Assembly (NCBI GenBank): GCA_051294905.1
Contig: CM119372.1
Coordinates: 10,418,001 to 10,482,000, forward strand
DNA: 64,000 nt
Direction: 5' to 3'
Origin: Botryllus schlosseri
Lineage: Eukaryota
The first letter of the stretch is position 1. The number at the start of each line of letters is the position of its first letter. Below the pieces are notes generated by a model that did no database searches, was not told where the DNA came from, and saw only the letters and a program-made list of their open reading frames with translations. Positions 23,590-34,455 of the stretch are shown piece by piece. The translations under genes and the position numbers were made by a program.

Positions 23590-25184
23590 CAGAGATGAGC
23601 ATAGATTAGGATTAGGATTTGGGAAACCGGATTTGTGAAAATTTGTCGGATTAGGATTGGATTCACCGATTTTCGGGGAGATCAATCAATCAATCAGGTT
23701 TATTAATATTTTCATCGTTTCAAAACATCACAAGACTGCGATACAATGAAAAGATAGGAAGGTGTCGAAATAACTTGGAGTAGCCTTTAAGATCAGACAC
23801 CGACCTTAGCCTAGGCGAAGTAAATAAGGGGCATGCACACTGAATGAAAAGTAATGCAGAGAATATAAGACGCAAACGATAAAATGAGGTGGCATGTGGC
23901 GCAGGGCGAGGTCGATGTTAGGTCGTGGTACGGTAATCCTGAAGACTGGCTAGTATTGATTTAGAAGAAATTGCTTGTATTTCGACTTGAATGCGGACAT
24001 GCTCGACGACTGTCGGATAGCCGGCGAGATGCTGTTCCACAACTGGGGTACGGCATACTTGATAGAGCAATGCGTTTTCTTGTATTCAGTCCTGATCATA
24101 TGGGTAGTTGTTCTTCGTTGACGCGAGTGTGCTGTAGGGCCTACTTGTGCGCTTTTGTCTCCGAGGTGAAGTAGTCGTTAAAATTTAAGGGACATATTGA
24201 CCGCAATGGAACTGATACATAAACTTGGCAATTTCTAGCGTCCTCATATCTTCCAAGTTTAGAACACCAAATCTTTTGAGAAGCGATTTATCAGTTGCAC
24301 ATCCAAGCCCCCGTGGGGCTTTGGCAATGATACGGATGATCCGATGTTGAGATTTTTGCAGTGGGTCAATTGTATTCTTGCAAGCAGCACCCCAACAAAG
24401 AATTCCGTATTGTAACTTTGATAGGAATAGTGTTGAAGAGTATCAACAGCACGCTGACTGGCAGAGTGTAGCTAAGGCGGCGAAACAGATCACATACCTT
24501 CGATAGTTGTGGTTTGAGTGATTGTATGTGACTCTTCCAGGACATGTCCGAATCCAGTAAAACACCAAGGTATTTGGCATTTTTAGTGTTGGAAATTGGT
24601 TGACCAGCGATGTCAACGGTTAGGTTATCGCAGGAGTTCATGACCAATAATTGGGATTTCGCAGCGTTAACTCGAAGGCTATATTATGGGACGTCCACTC
24701 ATGCACTTTGGGCATTTGATCACGGGTGACGGCATTCAAGCTTGTGGTAGTAGGTGCGTGAGATAGGAGGTGAGTATCGTCAGCGAATAGTGTGGTATTC
24801 AATGATGAGGTTTCAAAGATATCATTGACATATAAAGTAAAAAGGACAGGTTCAAGAACAGAGCCTTGCGGAACACCGCATGTAGCAAGGTGTGGGGAGA
24901 TTGATGTCCTCTGGCGAAGAGCGACAAAGTTCGTCGTCCTACCAAAGTTATTCCATGTACTTTGGCACTAAGTAGGCCTAGGCGTTTTATTTCTTTTTAC
25001 ATAGGCTACTTATAGGCATAAGATGTGGGCCTTTTACCAGGAATTCCAAGTTTATATCGGATTAGGATTGGAATATACAAAATTTCTGGATTAGGACCAG
25101 GACTTGAATCTTCGGATTTCGATTGGATTAGGACATAGAAATTTCAAATCCACTCATCCACTGAGCTATATCCGCTCATCTCTG
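23590..25184. mobile_element. hAT-type MITE (TIR CAGAGATGAGC) with GGATTA subterminal repeats, interrupted by a LINE
   Basis: Inverted ends with flanks GTTGGTAT/GATGGTAT (7/8). Confidence 0.7.
23683..24893 (-). mobile_element. 5'-truncated, degraded L2/CR1-group LINE (RT C-terminal half plus 3' UTR)
   Basis: Minus-strand GVPQGSVLEPVLFTLYVND, LFADDT and KYLGVLLDSDMSWKSHI, with frameshifts. (GATT)n tail. Candidate TSD GGGGAGAT at 23675-23682 and 24894-24901. Confidence 0.85.
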
Positions 25185-25224
25185 GATGGTATATTAGGCT
25201 ACTACCACATATCCGTGAATTGCC

Positions 25225-25560
25225 GTATAATAGATTAAAAAAAGACCTACTTGATCACCTCCTGTCGTTATACTAACACTGCTGCCCTACCTCGCCCAGA
25301 CATTGCTTCATTGATCATTTGCTACCATCGTTTGATTTTTTTTCTATTTTCTTTTTTTTAACTAAACATTTTTTACAGCCAGACTGTTCAGAGTCAAGTG
25401 TACCTGTTTGATGCTGGTGGGATCAGACTAGATGCTGACCTTCACGGTCTTATCGATCATTCCTATCTAATACCGAATACTGTGCATGCATATTTTCTGT
25501 ACCACCAGCACTGTCGTTTGTTATGTATTTTGGTTGGATGAAAAATAAAGACTCTCTCTA
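25225..25560 (+). repeat. 3' end of a second LINE family with (CT)n tail
   Basis: Closely matches 42575-42922. Confidence 0.7.
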
Positions 25561-25590
25561 TATTTAAAAGCTCACTGATACAGTGGCGTG

Positions 25591-26436
25591 TAGGGTTCTG
25601 GTTTAAATCAGACTGATTTATGTCAGTGTGATTTAAATCAGGTTTTTCGTTGATTTTTTATTTTAATTTTACCATTTTGATTTTATTGATTATTTTTTTT
25701 CAAATTTTCGGACGAGATGCGTGAATATGGTTTATTATCGGACAATCATGTGCATTTCATATAAACCGGAGATAGCATCTCGTCACGGGCACCGGTATAG
25801 TTCAGCTGTTTTTCAGACAGACGGGAAAAGAGCAAAGAGCGATAGTCAATCAATATGTTAACGTTTTGCTGTGGATACTAGTTAGTTGTCTGCGACATGC
25901 TGCTGCTATTTCCGAGACACTGGTGGGATACAGCAAGCGTAGCGCAATCGAGAGTCTCTATAGAATTCGAAAAACGTTTTCAGCTATCATTACCATCATC
26001 ATCATTGGTTTATTAGCAATTTTATCAGTTCAATACACCACAAAAAATGCGATATAATGAAAAGAAAGGAAGATGTCGAAGCGATTAGGAGTTGTCTATG
26101 GAATCGGATACCCACCTTGGCCTAGGCGATGTAAAGAGGAGGCATGCACACTGAATGAAAGTAAAGAAGATAGTATAGAAAAAGGAAGCGACAAGAAATA
26201 GGGCGGCATGTCACATAGCTTGAACGTTTTCAGCTATCTGGATGATAATTCACAGCTCCACATTATTACAGGTTAAGCGATATCCTTCATCACCTTGATT
26301 GACATGTCGTCATTCATCCCCTTTTCTTTTGTTCGTGTTGTTGTTATTATGAGTGAAAAAGAAGTCGTGATTTGAATTATTTAATTGATTAAAATCGATT
26401 TTAATCAAGGGCAAAATGATTTAAGCCAGAACCCTA
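25591..26436. mobile_element. MITE with TIR TAGGGTTCTGG[T/C]TTAAATC, inserted in the left TIR of the hAT element
   Basis: 19-bp inverted ends with one mismatch. TSD is ambiguous (2-4 bp). Contains a LINE 3' fragment at ~25990-26215. Confidence 0.65.
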
Positions 26437-26499
26437 CGTAGCAGCAGGTAAACGAATGTACTAGGCAAATAACATATCAATAGCCGCCTCAAAACTGAA

Positions 26500-26854
26500 C
26501 TCGTTGGGCATTCGCCGAAGGGGGATCAGCGACAATATCCTCAAAATCAAGTTTTTGAACGTATAGTCTCTTTCTATAAAAAGAATGGATAGAGCTGATA
26601 GCTGATCATCATTCATGGTAGAACGTAACTAAGATTTTATCAGTTTTAGCTTTGAGTAGCTCCTCTCACAGCTCGCAATTGATACACCAATAATGGTTAG
26701 ACAAAGTTTCAGACACGAGCGTAAACATGGTGTCAAATCAAGTAGGTGTGATTTTACTAACCACTGTAAAACATCAAACGCCGTTGCATTACGATCACAC
26801 GTGGTTTCACTGCTCCGCACCAGCCTCCTAAATCTGTCAATATCCGCAGCTAAC
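26500..26854 (-). pseudogene. hAT transposase C-terminal dimerisation domain remnant (ZMYM1-like), cut at the palindrome insertion
   Basis: LKLCLTIIGVSIASCERSYSKLKLIKS*LRSTMNDDQLSALSILFIERD matches the hATC consensus SCERSFSKLKLIKxYLRSTM. Confidence 0.8.
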
Positions 26855-29800
26855 AGTAGTATATAGTTTGGGCGATCGACGCCCATTCTCGATTTATAAA
26901 GAACAAACAAACATTATCAAGATAATAAACAGTGTAAGAATTAGCTCATTCTCAATTTTGCAGCAATACTTTTATGACCTTGTGTGCGGCAATAAAAAAA
27001 GGGGGAATAATTAGCGATAGAGAGAAAACGAACAAAGAATCTGGATTGACCTTTGTACTCAGACATGAGACTGGAGTACTTCTACTTGTACTTTTCCACT
27101 CGCCTCCTGATTATAATACATTGTAATTTTACTGTATTTTTCCACGATTCACAGCTGACTTCGGTCGTACACGACGGTGATCATAGTTGCCTGCCCTGAC
27201 CTGTTGTTCCGTGGTCCAATTTAGTGGCTTGGGAACAATAACCCGTAAAACTGGTTGACTTGTTGTTCCGCGGTTGATTCATTTTCGTGTACGGTGGGTC
27301 ATAGGAATAATTGCCGGTCGTGACGTCAGTATAGTTTTCTTCTGATCCATGAGATCCTGGTGCGTGTTTTAGGTGTCTATACGTTCGGCTGTGCATAGTG
27401 ACGCATGTAGTCTGTTCCATACTGTCGTACTTGCTCTTGCTTTGTTGTCGACTTAAATAGTAAGGAGAAATGTTCTGGTTATAAATATGTGTGTCATTTT
27501 GAGTCATATCGAGAACCAGAATGTCGTGTATTAGAAATAGGTATTAGGCGCCCCCGACATAGATTAACTTGAATAAAGTACCATTTAGAATATAATAAGT
27601 AATTAAAGAAATAGCTCATTCTCAATTTGACTCGCATCAACGTGTTAATTTCCGATATTGTAGTAATTGGTGCAAGCAAAAACTGCTGTTCCACACCTTT
27701 ACCGCTTTCTAGCGTCTTAGGACAGACAGTCCCAACCAAACAATGTGATGGGTTCTTTTTACTGCTTCACGGTTGGTCAAGCGTAATCATCCCGGTGTCT
27801 GCAAATGATATTCAATTTACCACGGGATATTAATTTTGTATGCTGTACATGATATACAACTTGAATCGATCTGTTGGCGAACTAATGCTTTCCCCGTCTG
27901 TAACATACACATATCGATCACGAGCTCACCACGCACTTTTCGTTCGAGGGCGACTCATTTCGCTGCAGACAATCAGTTGTGTTCGCGTGTATCGTAACAT
28001 ATCCTCAAGACTTGTTATGCCAACACCTCCACGCATATTTACAATATCATACTAAGGAACTATTGCTTCGACAGCCACGCACTATCGCTCGAAGTCGACA
28101 AATTTCGCTACAGACAGTCAGTTGTGTTCACGTATGTGTCGTAAATATATCCTCAACACATGCTATGCCAATACCTCCAAGCATATTTGCATCATACTTA
28201 GGGTTCTGGTCAGGCTGATTTAAATCATCACGTGTCGACAATCGATCGAAGCCCGTCAACTGGTATTTTGAAAGCTAGCGGTATGGTGTATTATTGTGTA
28301 TGGATTGGTGCGGTATTAGAATTGTGGTTACGGCTCGTTGGCGGTGCGAGGATCAGGTTTATAGTATACTATAACTACTTAGCTCGGATACGACGCGCTG
28401 CTATCGTTGCTTTGTCCAAGACCTAATTCACGATAATCAATCTCGCTGTCGAAAATGACATGCGGCCGCGTAGACTGCATAGCGCCATTTTGTTTTGTGA
28501 TCCATCCTGCTGTGCCGAGGATCGAAACATATCCTCAACACATGCCAACACCTCCAAGCATATTTGCAGCATCATACTACGGATATATTGACTCGGCAGA
28601 GTGTTACCGCCAGAGAATTGCTGTGTCACGTCTTCGGGCCTTGCATTTTCCGCTCGGTAACTGCGAGTACGATGTTATTTCAATTGTCCACGAAACGAAT
28701 CGGGGTAGCTCGTTTCATTCGAAATCGGAATCCACTGCGACTATAGGATTGCAAAATCAAAGTCCAAAAAATCCGACTGGCACGTAAAGTACTGGTTTCT
28801 CCATATATTAGGCTGGGTAAAATGTAACATAAATCCAACTCTCAAAGACACTGCTGTAAGGGGAGTGTCGTTGTACATTAATTTGCGTACAGCGAAACTT
28901 TGTATGCGGTGGTGCAATAATGAGGATGAATTGTGCCAGATCACGTGAGGCAATCTAACCTTCTTTCGGTGAGGTGTAAAGATGAGCGGGGAGATTTCGA
29001 AATCTGACTCCACCCCGACTCGGGTTGCTAAATCAAAGTCCAAAAAATCCGGCTGGCTCGTAAAGTCCTGTTATTTCCACATGTTGTGAGGGTAAAATAC
29101 AGCATAAATCCGACTCTCAAGGCCATTTGGCCGCATCCAGACTGGCTTCGCTGAAAACTGATGAAATCTGCGCCGGGTCCGGAGATGTTTCGTGACCTCC
29201 TCCGTCCAGACAAGATTGTTCTGCTGTAATATAGGTGTCGTTGTATAATAATTTACGCCCAAGAAGACTTGGTATCGACCCTTTGGCGGAATTCTGTTTG
29301 GTTCGTCTGTACAGGTGTTATTAGTGCGATCAGATTTGGCGCCTCAAGGAGTATATTGGTAAAAATCACACAACGATGACAATAACTTTACCGGTCAACA
29401 TACGGTCAACGATGCGGTGTGATGTACGTAAATCAGCTGTGATCAATCGAGCGTGACACAATCGCTGTCAGTCATCAATCTGCGACTTGACAAAACTCGC
29501 GTTTTTTGGGTTGACAGCAACGCGATATATTTGATGTCCCCGTCGACCCTCCTAATAGGGTTACCATGCGGCCTCATTTAGGGGAGCATATGTCCTCCAT
29601 TTCCCAGATATGTCACCCAATTCACCTAAATGTACTCTCTTTCTGTCAGTTTGTCCTCCTTGTTAGCTCAACATTTCCAAAAAAAAAACACCACAAGTAA
29701 CGCAAAATGTGGGCCTAGATTACGAAAAGTCGGGTACGTAGCCAAATCGGAAAAATGACCCTATGATGGTATTGTGCAGGCTATTACGTGGATACGTGGG

Positions 29801-29895
29801 CGTGTGTAAACATGTGAATAGTAAAAGCGCCCCAAACTACCGTGAAAAAAGATCGAGCGCACTCGACCATGACGGGGCCACCTTAGTACAGCCAA

Positions 29896-30288
29896 ATGAT
29901 CCCGTGTCGTACCGGGAATAGCCGAGGTGGTGGTACATCATTCTCACAAAATGTACTTTGGAACGCGTGTGAAATCGACATTGTCCGCTACTCGACTGAC
30001 GCAAGTCGCCACTGCAGTCCCTCTCTGTGTATACACAATGTGCTGAGCACTGCAGATCCAGACGAGACTACGCATTCTGGCGAGGTTATCGAGATAGCTG
30101 GAGCGATTTACAACACATGCTACATTTACTTCAAACGGAATGACAAAATATGGTTTTGGAGTACTCAAGTAGTTTTAAGGGAATGTCAGTATCGTGATAT
30201 CGCTTTCTATCCTAATTATAAAAGAGTAGGTCCCCATAAAACTGTCGAGCTCAAGCACGTTGGTAACTGTGATAGTAGACAAAACTGA
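29896..30288 (+). CDS. Hypothetical 130-aa ORF in the left arm (mirror copy 37406-37798, minus), convergent with the IAP
   Basis: Second-longest ORF in the element. Weak resemblance to BRO-N (DKIWFWSTQVVLRECQY). Presence in both arms is not independent evidence of coding. Confidence 0.3.
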   Translation: MIPCRTGNSRGGGTSFSQNVLWNACEIDIVRYSTDASRHCSPSLCIHNVLSTADPDETTHSGEVIEIAGAIYNTCYIYFKRNDKIWFWSTQVVLRECQYRDIAFYPNYKRVGPHKTVELKHVGNCDSRQN

Positions 30289-30529
30289 CTCGAGTACCTC
30301 AGAAATAGTGACTGTATTTCGTTGCTGACCACGCGCCTGCTTATTCACACCGACTGACTCTCCTAGTAAGCAACTGCGCCCCCGTCATCTTCTTATTGCT
30401 CAAATAATTTTACAATTCACGAAATCCAATCTCATTTGTCGATAGTTTTATCAGAACAAAAGTCACAGTTACACAAGTCTCGTAAATAGGTGTCGATACA
30501 CTACAATCGTTTTATCGCCACTATTCAAC

Positions 30530-31708
30530 TCATAGCCCGATCACACGACTGACGTTTCCGCAGATCAATTTTTGACGTTTGATCAACTCTTGCCTGGTTA
30601 TGGGGTTTCTAATCACAGGGCGATTGAGATTAGGGTGTGTCTTTTCGATACGTTGCGCAAACTCGATACCTTTCGTTCGGAGTACGTATTCACACTGCGG
30701 AAACCATTTTGCATGTTCTGTCCAAACCTCGTCTTCACGGTCCCAACGAAGCCCGCCGTCACAGTAAAAGCATTTGGTTCTGTCCGAATCAACGTAGTAA
30801 AACCCCGCTTTTGCTAACTGTTCAACACTAGCTCTAATTTTATTCGGTTCCCAGCCCTTGTCGAACGTTGCGATTCTTTTTGACAACGACGACATGAGAG
30901 GGTTCACGGGTTTAAGACAAGGAAATAGTTGCTCAAGACATCGCTTTTCGTCCTCGGAGGGTTCCTCTGGTTCTTGCAGATGTAAAGTGAGACGTCGTAT
31001 TTTGTCGTCAAGCAACTTATCCAAATTGTCTCGTTCGTACTCGGTTAACGCCACATTCCCCGAATCGTCGCCACGTGCGAAACAACAATCCGAGCGATAC
31101 GTCAAGTGTATTTCAGATATATCGTCTGTAGGCCTCCAATTGCGTAGAACGCCGGAGCAGTTGAAGCACTGCGTTCTGTCCAGGTCACCGAGGTAGAATA
31201 AACCTTGTTTTGCCAACTCGCCGACCGCCCGTGGTATGGGATAGCTGGGCCATTTCTCAAAGGTTTCGCGACGCTCCGACTCCTTTCGCAAGTCGAGATT
31301 CCTAACCCGATACTCGTGCTCCTGATCAACGATATTCGCAAAGTTGATGTTGGCGTTTCCAGCGGCTTTACACTGTCTCAGTAAACTTTTGAAATTCGAT
31401 TTCACAATAGGTATGTTCAACGCGTCTCGTACACAATTCGCGTCATGACGCCGTGCACTCGACCCGGTCCATCTTTCGAGGTACGCACTGCACCCAAAGC
31501 ATTTGATTTTGTCTTCAAATCCTAGCCAGTAGTATCCCTCAGACGCTAAATCGGTGCGTGTTGCGTATGATACTTTAGAGAATTTGGCGAACGTGGCGAG
31601 TCTGTATAATTCAGTGCGGTGTGAACCGGAAGCGATATACACTCGTTTCTGTCCGGGCGGATCAGAGTATCTCTCCATTGACGTTATGCCAAGCTCTTTC
31701 ATAAACAT
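30530..31708 (-). CDS. Inhibitor of apoptosis (IAP/BIRC-like) protein, 392 aa, three BIR repeats, no RING; copy A
   Basis: RLATF...CFGC...H...C; RRETFEKWP...LAKQGLFY...CFNC-x16-H-x6-C; RIATF...LAKAGFYY...CFYCDGGL...EHAKWFPQC. Single uninterrupted ORF. Confidence 0.93.
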   Translation of the reverse strand: MFMKELGITSMERYSDPPGQKRVYIASGSHRTELYRLATFAKFSKVSYATRTDLASEGYYWLGFEDKIKCFGCSAYLERWTGSSARRHDANCVRDALNIPIVKSNFKSLLRQCKAAGNANINFANIVDQEHEYRVRNLDLRKESERRETFEKWPSYPIPRAVGELAKQGLFYLGDLDRTQCFNCSGVLRNWRPTDDISEIHLTYRSDCCFARGDDSGNVALTEYERDNLDKLLDDKIRRLTLHLQEPEEPSEDEKRCLEQLFPCLKPVNPLMSSLSKRIATFDKGWEPNKIRASVEQLAKAGFYYVDSDRTKCFYCDGGLRWDREDEVWTEHAKWFPQCEYVLRTKGIEFAQRIEKTHPNLNRPVIRNPITRQELIKRQKLICGNVSRVIGL

Positions 31709-34455
31709 GGAGTACTAAGACAGAGCTTTTTGTGTCTAAACGTGTCCCATAGGTCAACCGAGTCGGCTCACACATATATTCCTAGTTTATCCTTGAGAGC
31801 TGTATAGATTACCGGTAGCTGTACTTTTATGGCTAATTGACAACCGTTAGCTGTCGCTATTGCACCATTTACATATGTTTTTACCAGGAGCGGGCAACTT
31901 CTGCAATCCGCGGGGTGTGTATAGCAGAGTACCTTTGCGGTGCGTATTGCTGAATCGATGCATTTTTCGACCACCGATCAACATATACAAGGAATAAATC
32001 GTATTCAATCAATGTATTTTAGCAACAGCAATGTCACTACAAAGTCATATCTCGCCGATAATAACGAGGACAATGTGGATTTGAGAACCGTATTTTTATA
32101 CAGGCACCGCCATGTCTGCTTCTCCCTAATCAATTAACACACGGTGCAATACTTAAATAAGATTTCATAGTGGTCTATAAGCCTGATACCCTAAATTGAC
32201 AGAGATATCAATTCATTACAGTTGTTTTCTAACGACGCTACAGACAAGTATCAGTAAACACAAAACGAATTGTCACACTGTTGCGTCAATTCACCGACGA
32301 CTCAGTATGAGACACGCTCGACCAACGAATATGCATGGGACAACCGAAACAGGTGACCTTGCGTGGTGGGTATTTTCGATAACACCGATACGGCAACTTT
32401 ATTCTCTCTACTGGCAATGTGATGGAGAGCGGCTTAATTCATCAGACAAAGGCTGGAAGCAACAACTAGCAAAGACAAATCTAATGGCCACACCGACATT
32501 CACAGGTATTCGATAGACCCGATCATACCGAGGTCATCCCACTTCTGTAATGGCACGGGTACGAAGCATTTTGAACGGTGTTGCTCGGTCGTGGTTTTTG
32601 GCCTTCCAAGACCTCTGTTAGCATCAGTCTATCTCACTGTTGGAGTGCCAATGTCAAACGTCGTAATTGCGATCACTCGCTCATGTGTAGAATATAGAAA
32701 TTGACGCCTGTACTATTTGCACGACCTCATGGCTTTGGTAAACTTACTAAAGCGGAAAGTCACTGCCAAGTTGAACATTGATTGATCGTTCTCTTGTTAG
32801 CGTCGATATTCGCTCGTACGTGCTTTCATGTCTTTGAATTTTTGTTATCGTCGAGTGTGGTCATAAATAGACAGGGGGACAAATTTGATGCGTTCAACAC
32901 AATACGCGTTTACCACATCTCATTCCGGACCGTAACCGATCGTTGACCGAGCCTACGATAAACGTCGCTTTTTACTCATAGGTAAGCAGATGATCTGTGA
33001 AAACACAGGCGCTAACGTGTCATTTCGTTATTCCTTCAACGTCACATGACCGCCTATGAAGGCTTTTTGGGTGCCCACCAATACAGTGTTGAAACGTGAT
33101 CCATAGTAGTTTACACCTGGTGTGGAGCAGCGGAGCGGGTGCAGAAAGTAAATTAGACAACACAAACCAGTTGACTACATCGATGAATATACGAGGGCTC
33201 ATCAATTTTGTCAAGTGACTTTTGAATGGATGTTATTTTTGCCAAATAAACCCCCACTCTGTTTGTAGTTTGAAATAGTAACGTAATTAGTGGTTTTTCC
33301 GTTGGGTTAAACGCACTTTTGAACACGAAGTATATTGGCAAAATCGAGTGTGACACAAACGGTGTCAGTCGTCAATCTCCTGTTTGACTAAACTCACATA
33401 TTCGAGTGGGTTGACAGCAATGCGATACATTTGATGTTCACATCGATCCCTATATTTATAGGGTTGTCCTCCTCCTTTTCCCAAATATGTACAACCTTCG
33501 CCAAAATGTGTTCCTTTTTTGTAAATTTGTCCTCATTTTCAACTTAAAATAACAAAAAAAACCACGAATAACGCGAAATGTAGGTCTGGTCGATTTCGGT
33601 GAGTGACCTTTCATTTAGCTAACTCGCACAACACAAGTAATTGACAGGTATTTCGGTAGTCGAGTCAGATGAAATGACATTGTTTTATAGTCAATCTAAT
33701 GAAATTAGCGGTATAGATATAAAAATACGTCCTCCCCAATCGTAACTTGCAACCTGTGAAAAACGTGTACCGCAAACTATCCCCAACACCCCCAACAAAA
33801 CATAGTTGCGAAAAAATATCATACTATGGACGTATTGACTCGGCGGAGTGCTACCGTGAGAGAAATGCTGTTTGACCCCATCGACCTAGCCTTGGATTTA
33901 CCGTTCGAAAAATTCCACCAGTAGAAGTTGTGATCGAGTGTCGCAATCAACGTCAGCCACGCTCCATCAATCTGTTGCTTTGACAAAACTTGTACGTATA
34001 CACCAGAGATGAGCATTGATTAGGATTTAGAAAAAAAAGTATTTGTGCAATTTTGCTGAATTAGGATTGCATTAGGTTTTGAGATTGATTTACTATGTCG
34101 TACGGGCAATTACTACCGAGCCCCGTCGTGACGATATCGGATTAATCAGTCGTCGAACGACAAGTTAGGGCTAACCGTTTATACTCCTAGTTTATTCTTG
34201 AAAGCTCTATAGATTACTGGTTAGCTGTATTGTTGTGGGCGACTGAAAACAGTTAGTTGTCGCTATTGTACGATTTACACTTTGTGTTATACATTTTTTG
34301 TTACCACCACGAACTAGGAGATCAATCACGACGACGGGCAACTACTCCCAATTGGCGGAATACTGTTTGATTCATTTGTATATTCAGCTTTAGCACCACA
34401 AGAAGTATATTAGAAGTTTATGATTGAATACAATCTTATCCATCAAACAACAAAC

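Larger units (their letters stand above)
26855..33238. repeat. Left inverted arm (6384 bp)
   Basis: Reverse complement of 34456-40824. Mirrored ORF coordinates sum to 67694 or 67693. Roughly two dozen substitutions and three small indels seen by eye. Confidence 0.97.

Noticed and set aside
27181..27507. 108-aa ORF and other short mirrored ORFs in the arms (e.g. 32196-32516)
   Set aside because: No recognisable motifs. Appearing twice only reflects the recent duplication.
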